NCBI RefSeq assembly: GCF_041248615.1
Contig: NZ_CP158426.1
DNA: 64,000 bases
Strand: one strand, 5' to 3'
DNA from: Escherichia coli
Lineage (GTDB): Bacteria; Pseudomonadota; Gammaproteobacteria; Enterobacterales; Enterobacteriaceae
Below the pieces are notes generated by a model, which did not search any database, was not told where the DNA came from, and saw only the letters and a program-made list of their open reading frames with translations. A program made the translations under genes and the position numbers. This document shows positions 21,201 through 35,434 of the stretch, piece by piece. Within the stretch, counting starts at the first letter, position 1; each line of letters begins with the position of its first letter.

Positions 21201-22194
21201 GTTCGCTGTTCGAAAGCCGCGCATAAAGCGGCAAGATTTCGGTATGGCGTAAGTTCAGCTTGTTCAGCGCATCGGCGGTATCGCGAATTTCCCGCTCACC
21301 GCTCATAAAGATCAGAATGTCGCCGGGACTTTCCTGGCTCAGTTCGTCTACGGCGTCAAAAATCGCCTGCAACTGATCGCGCTCGGTGTCATCGGCTTCT
21401 TCAACAATCGGGCGATAGCGCACTTCCACCGGATAGGTCCGACCGGAGACTTCGATAATCGGCGCATTATTAAAGTGGCGCGAAAAGCGTTCCGGGTCGA
21501 TAGTCGCGGAAGTGATAATGATTTTTAGGTCAGGACGCCGCGGTAGCAACTCTTTCAAATAGCCGAGCAGAAAATCGATATTCAGGCTGCGTTCGTGCGC
21601 TTCGTCAATAATGATAGTGTCGTACTGCATCAGCAGGCGGTCTTGCTGGATCTCCGCCAGCAGGATACCGTCGGTCATCAGCTTGACCATCGTGTTATCA
21701 CTAACGTGATCACTGAAACGCACTTTGTAACCGATGCAACCGCCCGGCTCCGTTTTCAGCTCTTCCGCAATACGGTTCGCCACCGTTCGTGCCGCCAGGC
21801 GACGCGGCTGGGTATGGCCGATCAGCCCTTTAATCCCGCGCCCCAGTTCCATACAGATTTTCGGTAGCTGAGTCGTCTTACCGGAACCGGTTTCCCCGGC
21901 GACGATCACCACCTGGTGATCACGAATCGCTTCGAGAATATCCTTCTTTTTCTGACTAACTGGCAAATTGTCGGGATAAGTGATTTCCGGTCGTGCCGCT
22001 TCACGCAGCAGGACTTTCCCTGCCGCCTGGTCAATCTCTTTCGCCATCTCCTGGAAAATGGCCTGTTGTGCATCAGGATTTTTAACCTTCTTCACACCGT
22101 GCAGACGGCGTAAAAAACGCTGTCTGTCGCGCAGCATCAGCGAATCCAGCCGCTGCTGCAAGGCAGTAAAGGTCAATTTTTGTTGTTCTGTCAT
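18292..22194 (-). CDS. hrpA: ATP-dependent RNA helicase HrpA (DEAH-box, 1300 aa)
   Basis: Track ORF; Walker A GETGSGKTTQ, DEAH box (IIDEAHERS); length matches HrpA. Confidence 0.95.
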   Translation of the reverse strand: MTEQQKLTFTALQQRLDSLMLRDRQRFLRRLHGVKKVKNPDAQQAIFQEMAKEIDQAAGKVLLREAARPEITYPDNLPVSQKKKDILEAIRDHQVVIVAGETGSGKTTQLPKICMELGRGIKGLIGHTQPRRLAARTVANRIAEELKTEPGGCIGYKVRFSDHVSDNTMVKLMTDGILLAEIQQDRLLMQYDTIIIDEAHERSLNIDFLLGYLKELLPRRPDLKIIITSATIDPERFSRHFNNAPIIEVSGRTYPVEVRYRPIVEEADDTERDQLQAIFDAVDELSQESPGDILIFMSGEREIRDTADALNKLNLRHTEILPLYARLSNSEQNRVFQSHSGRRIVLATNVAETSLTVPGIKYVIDPGTARISRYSYRTKVQRLPIEPISQASANQRKGRCGRVSEGICIRLYSEDDFLSRPEFTDPEILRTNLASVILQMTALGLGDIAAFPFVEAPDKRNIQDGVRLLEELGAITTDEQASAYKLTPLGRQLSQLPVDPRLARMVLEAQKHGCVREAMIITSALSIQDPRERPMDKQQASDEKHRRFHDKESDFLAFVNLWNYLGEQQKALSSNAFRRLCRTDYLNYLRVREWQDIYTQLRQVVKELGIPVNSEPAEYREIHIALLTGLLSHIGMKDADKQEYTGARNARFSIFPGSGLFKKPPKWVMVAELVETSRLWGRIAARIDPEWVEPVAQHLIKRTYSEPHWERAQGAVMATEKVTVYGLPIVAARKVNYSQIDPALCRELFIRHALVEGDWQTRHAFFRENLKLRAEVEELEHKTRRRDILVDDETLFEFYDQRISHDVISARHFDSWWKKVSRETPDLLNFEKSMLIKEGAEKISKLDYPNFWHQGNLKLRLSYQFEPGADADGVTVHIPLPLLNQVEESGFEWQIPGLRRELVIALIKSLPKPVRRNFVPAPNYAEAFLGRVTPLELPLLDSLERELRRMTGVTVDREDWHWDQVPDHLKITFRVVDDKNKKLKEGRSLQDLKDALKGKVQETLSAVADDGIEQSGLHIWSFGQLPESYEQKRGNYKVKAWPALVDERDSVAIKLFDNPLEQKQAMWNGLRRLLLLNIPSPIKYLHEKLPNKAKLGLYFNPYGKVLELIDDCISCGVDQLIDANGGPVWTEEGFAALHEKVRAELNDTVVDIAKQVEQILTAVFNINKRLKGRVDMTMALGLSDIKAQMGGLVYRGFVTSNGFKRLGDTLRYLQAIEKRLEKLAVDPHRDRAQMLKVENVQQAWQQWINKLPPARREDEDVKEIRWMIEELRVSYFAQQLGTPYPISDKRILQAMEQISG

Positions 22195-22385
22195 AACGTT
22201 AGTGGGCAGTAGTCTGCCTGATTAATTTTCTTTTAAATGATAGATATAGAGTACCACATCGCGGCTTTCTATGCGTTGTTCAATAAATTCGAACATAGGC
22301 TTCGATTTATTGCGCTATCTCTGTGGCAGGATTGTGAATAAAGTGTCAGCAAGCAACGGGGCATCGCCCATTCAAACATCTATAA

Positions 22386-23000
<615 letters not shown>

Positions 23001-23025
23001 CCGGACACGGTCTTGATGTGGACTG

Positions 23026-23050
23026 TAGATATTCAGTCCACATCTCAATC
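23026..23050. terminator. hairpin between convergent azoR and ynbD
   Basis: GTGGACTG-TAGATATT-CAGTCCAC inverted repeat in the 53-bp gap; approximate coordinates. Confidence 0.45.
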
Positions 23051-23053
23051 CGC

Positions 23054-26117
<3,064 letters not shown>

Positions 26118-26132
26118 TTTCTCTATTTTCCT

Positions 26133-27029
26133 TCAGTAACAGCAGTAGCGAATAAAATAAAAAAATACCGGAGCGGTGAAAATTAATGAGTCAATCCTGT
26201 CAAGGAGTCCGCCATGTCCTGGTAATAGTTTTCCACTATCTTTAACACCAATATCTCGTTTGATGGCTGACATCACTACATCGCCGCAAAAACCACTAAT
26301 ACCAATTAACAAACCCGTTAATAATGCCTGTAATGTATTTACCGGTGTCAGTAACGGTCCAATAATCAGTGACACAATCATGGTAGTGATTACGCCCCCC
26401 ACCAGACCTTCCAGCGTTTTTCCCGGGCTGACTTTGGGGACCACTTTTCTTCTGCCGCAGGATTTCCCCCATAAATACTGTGCAATATCGTTTGACTCGG
26501 TTAATGCCAAAAGAAATAACACCAGTAACGCCTCGCCCTGGATATTTATGGTTGGCAACATTAACAACCAGGCGGCATGACTCAAGGCGAAAACGATCAT
26601 TATCCAGCCCCAAAAAATGGCGCTCACAGTATGCAGAAAACCGGAGGGGTCCCCCACAAAAACTTGCCCGGTGGCTAATATCAGAAACCCAGCCAAAGGT
26701 ATAAATAACAGATACAGCTCAAAGCAATTAAAACCGATAAACAAATAGTTAAGAGGAATACCCCAATATAACCAACGCGGAAAATGTACAGATATAAGCG
26801 TACAATATTCTTTCAATGCCAGAAAACTTATCAGCGCAAAAAACGTCAACGTCATCCAGCGTGGACCTGAAATCACCATTGAAAAACAAATGACGATGCC
26901 CCACCAGGTACGAATACGTAATGTAACTTCATCCCCTTTTCTCTCCGGTAACCGCCATATCAGAAAACGGTTTATCAGCGTTGCTAAAATTAACAACGCG
27001 AAAAGTGTTGCCAGAGATTTTTCCAGCAT
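26133..27029 (-). CDS. ynbB: CDP-diglyceride synthetase (CdsA) paralog YnbB (298 aa)
   Basis: Track ORF; CdsA-like C-terminal motif GHGGLLDRIDSLIF. Confidence 0.85.
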   Translation of the reverse strand: MLEKSLATLFALLILATLINRFLIWRLPERKGDEVTLRIRTWWGIVICFSMVISGPRWMTLTFFALISFLALKEYCTLISVHFPRWLYWGIPLNYLFIGFNCFELYLLFIPLAGFLILATGQVFVGDPSGFLHTVSAIFWGWIMIVFALSHAAWLLMLPTINIQGEALLVLFLLALTESNDIAQYLWGKSCGRRKVVPKVSPGKTLEGLVGGVITTMIVSLIIGPLLTPVNTLQALLTGLLIGISGFCGDVVMSAIKRDIGVKDSGKLLPGHGGLLDRIDSLIFTAPVFFYFIRYCCY

Positions 27030-27640
27030 TATCTTTCAGCGCTCATAAGAAGCACACTCCGACAACGATTAATCGCAGTCCAGAGAAGCAGAATTGAAGC
27101 AATGCTCCATAAAAGATTATTCCATTGCATCCATTGTGGATAAATGGCAATGGCCAGCCCCCACAAACCAAATATTAACGCGCGATCGCTTTTGCCAAAT
27201 GGACCGACATAACTACGAATACCGTTAATCGTCTGCGCGAGTAAACCGCAAAACTCGGTCAATATGGTGCAAAATAACATGAGTATCACGAGTGATGCAT
27301 TACTTTCAGGTAAAAATAAAAACGGTAAATAGAGCGCAATATCGGAAATAACATCGCCAGTCTCATTCAAAATCGCCCCAAGACGTGTTTGCTGATTGCA
27401 CTCACGCGCCAACATGCCATCCAGCGCATTGAGTGCCATACGAATAAAAAGCACGATGGGCAATAGCAGAAACATGCCAGGATATGGCACCAACGCCAAC
27501 AACAAACCGGTGAGAAGAGAAAGTGCCAAAGCGGCAAGTGTGATCTGATTTGCAGACACTTGCAGCTTATGAAGCCAAAACATCGTCGGCCTTAACAGCG
27601 ACTGAAAGAGCGGTTTTATCTGGTAGAGCGTCATTATCAA
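27029..27640 (-). CDS. ynbA: CDP-alcohol phosphatidyltransferase-family inner membrane protein YnbA (about 203 aa)
   Basis: Track ORF; first gene of the ynbABCD operon; overlaps ynbB start/stop. Confidence 0.85.
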   Translation of the reverse strand: MIMTLYQIKPLFQSLLRPTMFWLHKLQVSANQITLAALALSLLTGLLLALVPYPGMFLLLPIVLFIRMALNALDGMLARECNQQTRLGAILNETGDVISDIALYLPFLFLPESNASLVILMLFCTILTEFCGLLAQTINGIRSYVGPFGKSDRALIFGLWGLAIAIYPQWMQWNNLLWSIASILLLWTAINRCRSVLLMSAER

Positions 27641-27803
27641 TCCTTGATAATTCTGTTTGCGCTATGGTGCATCAATTGCCCTGACAGAGATATCGCAACA
27701 CGCCGCTTCATTAAAAATTCAGAATATATCAAGGTATTGGGGCTCACTGTCAGGAATGATTATCCCCAAATTAATCAAATAGTTAAAAATATTACGCTGT
27801 TAT

Positions 27804-30110
27804 TCAATGCAACTCATCAAGTTTTCTCATCGCTTGTTCCCGTATTGCGCGCGTCTTACCGTTAAGCGCCAGCTGGCGGACTAAATCCAGTTCAGGTTTA
27901 ACAAGCTCTAACGCCAGCAAAGGATCACGTTTCAGCCTCGCCTTCAATACATCAACTGGGAAACGGGGATTATTCATCGCCATAATCCACCACTCGGGAT
28001 CAATTTCTGCCGCCAGTGCCGCAGACGGTGTATGGCGATTGTTAAGTGCGCCGAACTTGAAAAATGTAAGATTGCTTTTCGCCAGCGTACTCCACCATAT
28101 ACGATCCGGTTGTTTTGCCAGTTTATCCAGTTGCGCTAACGCATCGGGGTCAAGTGCATAATAAACACGTAACGCTTCGTTAACCTGCGCACGAGAGCTG
28201 TTTTCCTGCCTCAGAAAAAACTTCGCCCAAATATCATTGCGTGGTATATTTTGCTGTAATTCCTTGAGGACAACAGCGGGTAAATTATCCCAACTAACTA
28301 ATGCACTCTCTAAAAAGTCCCAGCCTTCCGAACGTATCAGAGAGGTGGCATTTAATAGCATCTGGTCATCAACTTCACCGTGGCTAATCAGCTCAGACAA
28401 AATCATATCAGCGCTGGTTTCATATGCTGCAGAATCTGCTTTCGGATTATTTTTCCGATGCGATAAAGCACGTTGCCAAATTTTTTGTTTCATCGACGTG
28501 CTCAGATACTGATTTTTCGCCAAATTACTCCACCCCTCAGGATCGTTGAAACGTGTCAATAACCGTTGTAAAGCAGCGTCAGAGTGAATTATCTGCATAT
28601 CCCGACAGCAAAAGTAGGCAGGGGATTTTTTCTCCATCCTTTTAACAAAATTAAACTGTAAGTTATCTGGCAACGCTAAAAATAACGTACCTATTAGATC
28701 ATCGTCATTCTCGAATTTTTGGTATAAATATACTGCTATTTTGTGACTCTCTTGTGGCGTCATCCGCAACAATTGACCATGGTGTTTCATCTCTGCCAGC
28801 TTTGACGCTAAGCTTGTGACAACATCGTTTGATGAATCGTTCGCCAACTGCATTGCCTGATTGTAGGTGAGTTGTCCTCCAGCACCGACCTGACGAATAG
28901 AGAAATCATCACTGCGGATATAGCCATCAATAATGGATTCGGGCAATAACCACGCATCTTTATAAAGCTCCTGAATGATCATATCCCAATCTCTTTTCGC
29001 CAGAGTCATGACGATATCCAGAGGGAGATTTTCACGTAGCGCAAGATTCAACGGACCGACACCATCAGGTAGATGACTCATTCGCGTCATTATTTCGACA
29101 GAGAGCGGTTCACGGTCGAGCAACCCCAGAACAACAGGCTGGTAACCCAATTGCTGATCGGTCAACTCCAGAATCTCATTGTCAGGCATATATCTCGCCA
29201 TACTTGCAATCGTTTGTCCATCATTGCTATTAATAAGTTGTTTGCGTAGGTTAGCTGAAATTCCTTTAAGCCTTGGGAGAGTTCGCATTATGGCAAGATC
29301 AAATGTCGCAATGTCTCGTCCTTCAAATGCAGCAACGTTGCCTTCATCCAGCATTTGTAATTCCTGCACTAATTCAGGTGAAGGCTTAGGGCGAAACAGC
29401 GCTTCTTTTTTCATCTGATTACAGACATTCCCTGCTATGCGAATATTGCTTCGCTTAAAAATTTCTTTCAGAGCATCTTCATCATTTATTAGGCCCCAAT
29501 AATATGCATCAGGATTTATTATCGTCAGCGCTTTTTTGACATTTTCAGTGTCATTTTTGTCACTCGCACGGACCATGAATTCACTATTTGTCGAAGACGC
29601 AACAACAGGTGCGATTATATCATTGATAAATATCCCGCGCGCATTAATACTCCCCTTAATCGTAGACGGATTATCGTAATATGAGTCGATAAATACCAGT
29701 CCACTTGCATTTATCGAACCGGTAATTAACAGTGGTGAATCCGTAACTATATTCGTTGCCGTCACGTTACCGAGAATAACCCATGGATTAGAAAGAGAGA
29801 AAGTGGAAATATTACCTTTGACTGTCAAATTGCCAAGAACAATCAATTTTTGATTACTCTCTATATTACCTTCTACCACTAAATCGCCACGATGCACTTT
29901 CCAGTCCGATGCAGATAAACCGAAGGGGACAAGATTCACGCTACTGTTGATAGCTTGTTCAACTTGTTGTTTATCTTCAGCGGTAGCCGCAGAAAAAAAT
30001 GGTTCAATATCAACTGCATTTGCAACACATCGAAGTTCCGCCTGTACTGGAAGACTCAGCATAAACAGGGGAAGTAAACCTATCCAGCTGCAAATCCTGG
30101 GCTTAAACAT
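27804..30110 (-). CDS. ydbD: uncharacterised exported protein YdbD (about 768 aa)
   Basis: Track ORF 27804-30116; signal peptide after MFKPRICSWIGLLPLFMLSLPVQA; start trimmed by two codons, uncertain. Confidence 0.8.
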   Translation of the reverse strand: MFKPRICSWIGLLPLFMLSLPVQAELRCVANAVDIEPFFSAATAEDKQQVEQAINSSVNLVPFGLSASDWKVHRGDLVVEGNIESNQKLIVLGNLTVKGNISTFSLSNPWVILGNVTATNIVTDSPLLITGSINASGLVFIDSYYDNPSTIKGSINARGIFINDIIAPVVASSTNSEFMVRASDKNDTENVKKALTIINPDAYYWGLINDEDALKEIFKRSNIRIAGNVCNQMKKEALFRPKPSPELVQELQMLDEGNVAAFEGRDIATFDLAIMRTLPRLKGISANLRKQLINSNDGQTIASMARYMPDNEILELTDQQLGYQPVVLGLLDREPLSVEIMTRMSHLPDGVGPLNLALRENLPLDIVMTLAKRDWDMIIQELYKDAWLLPESIIDGYIRSDDFSIRQVGAGGQLTYNQAMQLANDSSNDVVTSLASKLAEMKHHGQLLRMTPQESHKIAVYLYQKFENDDDLIGTLFLALPDNLQFNFVKRMEKKSPAYFCCRDMQIIHSDAALQRLLTRFNDPEGWSNLAKNQYLSTSMKQKIWQRALSHRKNNPKADSAAYETSADMILSELISHGEVDDQMLLNATSLIRSEGWDFLESALVSWDNLPAVVLKELQQNIPRNDIWAKFFLRQENSSRAQVNEALRVYYALDPDALAQLDKLAKQPDRIWWSTLAKSNLTFFKFGALNNRHTPSAALAAEIDPEWWIMAMNNPRFPVDVLKARLKRDPLLALELVKPELDLVRQLALNGKTRAIREQAMRKLDELH

Positions 30111-30173
30111 ATGCACTCCATGCCATTAAAAAAGAAACAAAAGGGAAATGCATCTTTCCCTTTTGTATATTCG

Positions 30174-31034
30174 TTATTCTCGCGATATACCATCCAACGT
30201 AGACAACACTTCCTCAGAAAGATGCAATTTTTCAGCAGCCATATTCTCCCGTAAATGCGCAACAGAAGACGTCCCTGGGATCAGCAAAATATTCGGTGAA
30301 CGTTGTAACAGCCACGCCAGCGCCACCTGCATGGGTGTTGCACCCAGGCTCGCAGCAACATCCGACAGCGTAGAGGATTGCAGCGGTGTAAAGCCCCCGA
30401 GCGGGAAGAACGGCACGTAAGCAATGCCATCGTGGGCCAAAGCATCAATCATTGCATCATCAGCACGGTGCGCGATGTTGTATTCGTTTTGCACACAGAC
30501 AATTTCGGCAATCTTGCGCGCCTCTGCAACCTGCGTCGGTGTGACGTTGCTCAGGCCAATATGTTTTACCAGGCCTTGTTGTTGCATCTCTGCCAGCACG
30601 GTCAGGCTGGCCTCAATCGATCCTTCCGCTGGGCCATGACCATCCCCCATCATAACGCGCAGGTTAACCACATCCAGTACGTCCAGGCCGAGATTACGTA
30701 GATTATCGTGCACCGCTTTTTGCAACTCTGCCGGAGAAAAGGCGGGCAACCAGGAAGCGTCCTCTCCACGCCGCGCACCAATTTTAGTGACAATTGTCAG
30801 GTCGTCAGAGTAAGGATAAAGCGCTTCGCGGATAATCTGATTGGTGACGTGCGGACCATAAAAGTCGCTGGTATCAATGTGATTGACGCCCAATGCCAGC
30901 GCCTCGCGCAGTACAGTTATAGCGACGTGGCGATCTCTTGGGGGGCCAAAAACCCCAGGACCTGCCAGTTGCATCGCGCCATAACCAAGACGGTTAACGG
31001 ATTTTGTACCGAGAGTAAATGTATTGCTGCTCAT
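30174..31034 (-). CDS. pdxI: pyridoxine 4-dehydrogenase / aldo-keto reductase PdxI (YdbC), 286 aa
   Basis: Track ORF; aldo-keto reductase fold; recognised as ydbC/pdxI. Confidence 0.88.
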   Translation of the reverse strand: MSSNTFTLGTKSVNRLGYGAMQLAGPGVFGPPRDRHVAITVLREALALGVNHIDTSDFYGPHVTNQIIREALYPYSDDLTIVTKIGARRGEDASWLPAFSPAELQKAVHDNLRNLGLDVLDVVNLRVMMGDGHGPAEGSIEASLTVLAEMQQQGLVKHIGLSNVTPTQVAEARKIAEIVCVQNEYNIAHRADDAMIDALAHDGIAYVPFFPLGGFTPLQSSTLSDVAASLGATPMQVALAWLLQRSPNILLIPGTSSVAHLRENMAAEKLHLSEEVLSTLDGISRE

Positions 31035-31189
31035 CGCACCCTGCCCTGTAATAAAACGGATTGAGAAAAATCAGTATAGAAACGAAAAGAGATAAATAAT
31101 GCGAAGGCGTAAACAAGATTACTGGATGAGTTGCTCTATTGTCCTGAAAGACACCAAAACAAAACGCGTAAAGCGCCGCATTCGGCAAT

Positions 31190-31222
31190 AAAAAAACCGC
31201 AACCTGTATCAGCGTTGCGGTT
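31190..31222 (-). terminator. intrinsic terminator downstream of paaY
   Basis: AACCGCAAC-loop-GTTGCGGTT hairpin with A7 on plus strand (T7 on minus) 45 nt past the paaY stop. Confidence 0.6.
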
Positions 31223-31265
31223 TAGGTATCACATGCTAAAAATTAGAACGTCCAGCATCAGGACG

Positions 31266-31856
31266 TTACTGTTTCGGTCGCAGATTCTCATCAAATACCA
31301 AGCGTTTCCTGCCAGGTTCAACTTCCCGCAATGGCTCAACTTGATGTAACGTCTGCTTACAGCGTGTCACCAGCACCTGGTACTCATGCGTACCCTGCTT
31401 TTTCCATGCCAACTCCTGCTCACTGAGTTCACGAATCGCTTTCGCCGGGCTGCCGACAATCAGGTAATTAGCAGGCATTTCTGCTTTGGCTTTCACAAAT
31501 GCGGATGCACCCACAATACTGTTCTCACCAATCACCGCACCGTCCATCACTACCGCATTCATTCCCACTAATGCATTGCGGCGGATAATGCAGCCGTGAA
31601 GGATAGCGCTATGACCAATATGCCCATCTTCTTCCACGACAGTATCCTGCTCGGGAAAACCGTGCATAACGCAATTATCCTGAATGTTCGCGCCATCTTT
31701 CACCACGATACGACCAAAATCGCCACGCAGGCTGGCATTTGGCCCAACGTACACGCCCTTGCCGAGAATAACATCGCCGATCAATACCGCTGTCGGATGG
31801 ACAAAACTCTCTTCTGGCACAACCGGAGTCAGACCGTCTATCTGATAAATTGGCAT
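31266..31856 (-). CDS. paaY: hexapeptide-repeat thioesterase PaaY (196 aa)
   Basis: Track ORF; recognised as PaaY. Confidence 0.92.
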   Translation of the reverse strand: MPIYQIDGLTPVVPEESFVHPTAVLIGDVILGKGVYVGPNASLRGDFGRIVVKDGANIQDNCVMHGFPEQDTVVEEDGHIGHSAILHGCIIRRNALVGMNAVVMDGAVIGENSIVGASAFVKAKAEMPANYLIVGSPAKAIRELSEQELAWKKQGTHEYQVLVTRCKQTLHQVEPLREVEPGRKRLVFDENLRPKQ

Positions 31857-32788
31857 AACGCCTCCTGTTCAATATTCAAGCCGCCAAAACGTTGAAAATA
31901 CAGGCTTCCCGGCGCAGGCAATTCACCGACCGAGGTTTCACCTTTTTCACTAACGAACGCTAAAGCAGCAGGCGCTACGCGCTGATAAATGTTGATACAC
32001 AGCTGACGCGCCGTATGCCCTGCCCAGTGTGCCGGAAGCAACTCCTCCGGCAACAATGGGTCTTTAAGGACGACACGGCGATAAAAATGGATCAGTAAAA
32101 GCTGAATATGAAATGCCCGCTCCGGGGTTAACTCGTCTGCCGTCTCTTTTAACAGCGGCACCAGCGGGCGGAATGACTGAATAAAGGTTTCGTACATGGC
32201 ATTTTGTTCAGTTAAATGCCAGCACTCTTCTACTCTGGCACGCAGTGCTGCGCGAGAAAGCGCCAGTGGTATTTGCGCTTCAAAACAAATCACGTTATCC
32301 GCCACACCCGCTTCATGCAAAAGTGTCTGTACATCGGCCAGTTTTTGCGACGGCGATGCCATCAGGCTGGGTGCCAGTGCGCCAAAACCTTGCCAGATCA
32401 ACTGCTTTTTGACATCAGCCAGCGTCGTTTTATCTAAACCTTCCGAGAGCAACAGGAGCCATTTACCATCCCATGCAGGTTGCTCTGCGCGATAAATTTT
32501 ACTTTCTGCCCGTCGCGTCAGGCGCAAGCCTTTATCACTGAGGCTATAGAAACTGCGTCGCCCGATGCGGGAAACATCCAGCCAGCCTTCTTTATTAAGA
32601 CGAAACAAAGCGGTGCGCACGAAACGCTCACCAAATCCCAGCCCTTCCAGCAAAGCAGCCAGACTACCCAGCCAGATTTCACCACCACGATGGGAAAGCG
32701 AATCACCATACAGAGAGGAGATCAAAGATGTGCCACTGACAGGAACAGCGTTTACAGCATGTTGGATAAAAGTATCAAGTTTACTCAT
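31838..32788 (-). CDS. paaX: phenylacetyl-CoA-responsive transcriptional repressor PaaX (316 aa)
   Basis: Track ORF; recognised as PaaX; overlaps paaY start by 19 nt. Confidence 0.92.
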   Translation of the reverse strand: MSKLDTFIQHAVNAVPVSGTSLISSLYGDSLSHRGGEIWLGSLAALLEGLGFGERFVRTALFRLNKEGWLDVSRIGRRSFYSLSDKGLRLTRRAESKIYRAEQPAWDGKWLLLLSEGLDKTTLADVKKQLIWQGFGALAPSLMASPSQKLADVQTLLHEAGVADNVICFEAQIPLALSRAALRARVEECWHLTEQNAMYETFIQSFRPLVPLLKETADELTPERAFHIQLLLIHFYRRVVLKDPLLPEELLPAHWAGHTARQLCINIYQRVAPAALAFVSEKGETSVGELPAPGSLYFQRFGGLNIEQEALCQFIR

Positions 32789-32888
32789 TCGATTCAGTCT
32801 GTTGTTATTGTTGTGATTTATGAATCATAGCACAGGTCGTATCGACTTCTGGCCCTGGCGGTTTACCTCACCAGGGCCAGGCGACACG

Positions 32889-34202
32889 TCAGGCACCAAC
32901 AATATTGCGCAGATCAAACACCCGACACGCCTTGCCTTCTGAACGCGGGATACTGCCACAGTTAACGATCATCACATCGGTAGAGATCCCCACCATCGAC
33001 TTAATCCGATGGCGCAGCTGGTGGCACACCTGGCAACGCTGCTCATGCGTCAATGTCAGGCTACTTTCTTTCAACTCCACTTTCACAGAAAGTGAATCAA
33101 GATGCCCCCGGCGGTTCACCTCCAGTTGGTAATGCGGCGATAAATGTTCGAATTTGACAATCTCTTCTTCCAGTTGCGACGGAAAGACATTTACACCGCG
33201 AATAATCAACATGTCATCGCTGCGTCCGCTGATGCGATCCATGCGGCGCATAGTCCGCGCCGTTCCTGGTAACAGTCGGGTTAAATCACGCGTGCGGTAA
33301 CGAATGACCGGCAATGCTTCTTTGGTCAGCGTGGTGAATAACAGTTCTCCATGTTCACCATCGGCAAGCGGTGTGCCGTCATGAGGATTAACAATTTCAG
33401 GATAGAAATGATCTTCCCAAATGGTTGGGCCGTCGGTAGTTTCCAGACACTCCATCGCCACCCCCGGCCCCATCACTTCTGACAGGCCATAAATATCCAG
33501 TGCGGTGATCCCCAGGCGACGCTCAATTTCTTTACGCATGGCCTGTGTCCACGGCTCAGCACCAAACACTCCAACCCGCAGCGAGCAACCGCTGGCATCA
33601 CCGCCCAACTGCCGCTCCAGCTCTTCAATCAGGTTAAGGCAATAAGATGGCGTAACCATGATCATATCTGGTTGAAAATCGCGGATCAGTTGCGCTTGTT
33701 TTTCCGTCTGCCCACCAGACATCGGGATCACCGTAGCGCCCAGACGTTCGGCACCATAGTGCGCACCCAGCCCACCAGTAAACAGGCCGTAACCATAGGC
33801 AACATGAATTTTATCTTTGGGCGTGCCACCTGCCGCACGCAAGGAACGCGCTACTATATTGGCCCAGTTATCAATATCGTTTTGCGTATAGCCAACAACT
33901 GTCGGTTTACCTGTTGTTCCCGAAGAAGCATGAATGCGCACCACTTGTTCCATCGGCACGGCAAAGGTGTCGAAAGGATAGTTGTCGCGCAGATCCTGTT
34001 TGGTGGTACAGGGAAATTTACGCAGGTCAGAAAGTTCCCTGAAATCATCAGGATGTACGCCTGCTGCGTCGAATTTGCGCCGATACATCGGGACATTTTC
34101 ATACGCGTGTTTGAGCGTCCATTTCAGACGCTGTGTTTGCAACGCCTGTAACTCATCTACAGACGCGGTTTCAATCGGGTCAAGCTTTGTATTGGTTATC
34201 AT
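32889..34202 (-). CDS. paaK: phenylacetate-CoA ligase PaaK (437 aa)
   Basis: Track ORF 32889-34286 begins at GTG; trimmed to internal ATG (MITNTKLDPIETASVDELQ...). Confidence 0.9.
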   Translation of the reverse strand: MITNTKLDPIETASVDELQALQTQRLKWTLKHAYENVPMYRRKFDAAGVHPDDFRELSDLRKFPCTTKQDLRDNYPFDTFAVPMEQVVRIHASSGTTGKPTVVGYTQNDIDNWANIVARSLRAAGGTPKDKIHVAYGYGLFTGGLGAHYGAERLGATVIPMSGGQTEKQAQLIRDFQPDMIMVTPSYCLNLIEELERQLGGDASGCSLRVGVFGAEPWTQAMRKEIERRLGITALDIYGLSEVMGPGVAMECLETTDGPTIWEDHFYPEIVNPHDGTPLADGEHGELLFTTLTKEALPVIRYRTRDLTRLLPGTARTMRRMDRISGRSDDMLIIRGVNVFPSQLEEEIVKFEHLSPHYQLEVNRRGHLDSLSVKVELKESSLTLTHEQRCQVCHQLRHRIKSMVGISTDVMIVNCGSIPRSEGKACRVFDLRNIVGA

Positions 34203-34228
34203 TGTAGGGTACTCGCAGGTTGATATGC

Positions 34229-35434
34229 TCAAACACGCTCCAGGATCATGGCGATGCCCTGACCGACACCGATGCACATGGTGCACAATGCGTAACGACC
34301 GTTACGCCGATGCAGCTCATGGCTGGCAGCCAGTGCCAGGCGGGCACCACTCATTCCCAACGGATGGCCTAAGGCGATAGCGCCTCCGTTGGGGTTAACA
34401 TGTGGGGCATCATCAGGTAGCCCCAATTCGCGTAGTACACCCAACGCCTGGGCCGCGAACGCTTCGTTCAGTTCAATCACGTCCATATCGTGAATACTCA
34501 ACCCCGCGCGTTCCAGCACCCGACGAGTTGCAGGCACCGGACCAAGCCCCATCAGGCGCGGTTCCACCCCGGCGGTTGCCATGGCTACGATACGCGCTCG
34601 CGGTGTCAGTCCTTGCGCTGCTGCCATCTGTTCACTGGCAATAATCAACGCAGCGGCTCCATCATTCACCCCGGAGGCATTGCCTGCGGTGATCACTCCA
34701 TTGGCACGAAATGGTGCTTTTAGTCCACGTAACTGTTCCAGCGTCGTTTCCGGGCGCAGATGCTCGTCATGTTGTATTTCTGTTACAACACCTTTTTTGT
34801 TTTTCAACACAACCGGAACAATCTCTTCAGCTAAAATGCCTGAAGATTGCGCTTTTGCTGTACGTTGCTGACTGCGTAGCGCAAAACTATCTTGATCTTC
34901 TCGCGAGATTTTTAACAGTTCAGCTACATTCTCTGCCGTTTCCGGCATGCTGTCAGTTCCAAATTGTTGAGCCATGAGCGGGTTCACAAATCGCCAGCCA
35001 ATAGTGGTATCAAACATCTCAGCCTGACGAGAAAATGCACTGGTTGCCTTGCCCATAACAAACGGTGCCCGAGACATTGACTCCACGCCACCAGCGATCA
35101 GCAAATCGCCATCGCCCGCTTTAATCGCCCGTGCGGCGAACCCCAGTGCGTCCAGTCCGGAACCACACAAGCGGTTAATGGTTGTGCCGGAAACACTCTG
35201 CGGCAGCCCCGCCAGTAAAGTCGCCATCCGGGCTACGTTACGGTTATCTTCTCCCGCCTGATTAGCACAGCCGAGGATCACATCATCGATACATTCCGCA
35301 TCGAGACGCGGGTTTCGCACCAGCAGTTCCCGCAAAGGGATAGCAGCCAGATCATCAGCCCGAACACCTGATAATGCCCCGCCGTAGCGACCAATTGGCG
35401 TACGAATTCCGTCACAGATAAAGGCTTCACGCAT
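34229..35434 (-). CDS. paaJ: 3-oxoadipyl-CoA / 3-oxo-5,6-dehydrosuberyl-CoA thiolase PaaJ (401 aa)
   Basis: Track ORF; thiolase family. Confidence 0.92.
   Translation of the reverse strand: MREAFICDGIRTPIGRYGGALSGVRADDLAAIPLRELLVRNPRLDAECIDDVILGCANQAGEDNRNVARMATLLAGLPQSVSGTTINRLCGSGLDALGFAARAIKAGDGDLLIAGGVESMSRAPFVMGKATSAFSRQAEMFDTTIGWRFVNPLMAQQFGTDSMPETAENVAELLKISREDQDSFALRSQQRTAKAQSSGILAEEIVPVVLKNKKGVVTEIQHDEHLRPETTLEQLRGLKAPFRANGVITAGNASGVNDGAAALIIASEQMAAAQGLTPRARIVAMATAGVEPRLMGLGPVPATRRVLERAGLSIHDMDVIELNEAFAAQALGVLRELGLPDDAPHVNPNGGAIALGHPLGMSGARLALAASHELHRRNGRYALCTMCIGVGQGIAMILERV

Noticed and set aside
27644-27865. 73-codon plus-strand ORF between ynbA and ydbD
   Set aside because: Sits in the ynbA promoter region and runs into the 3' end of ydbD on the opposite strand; no SD; judged spurious.
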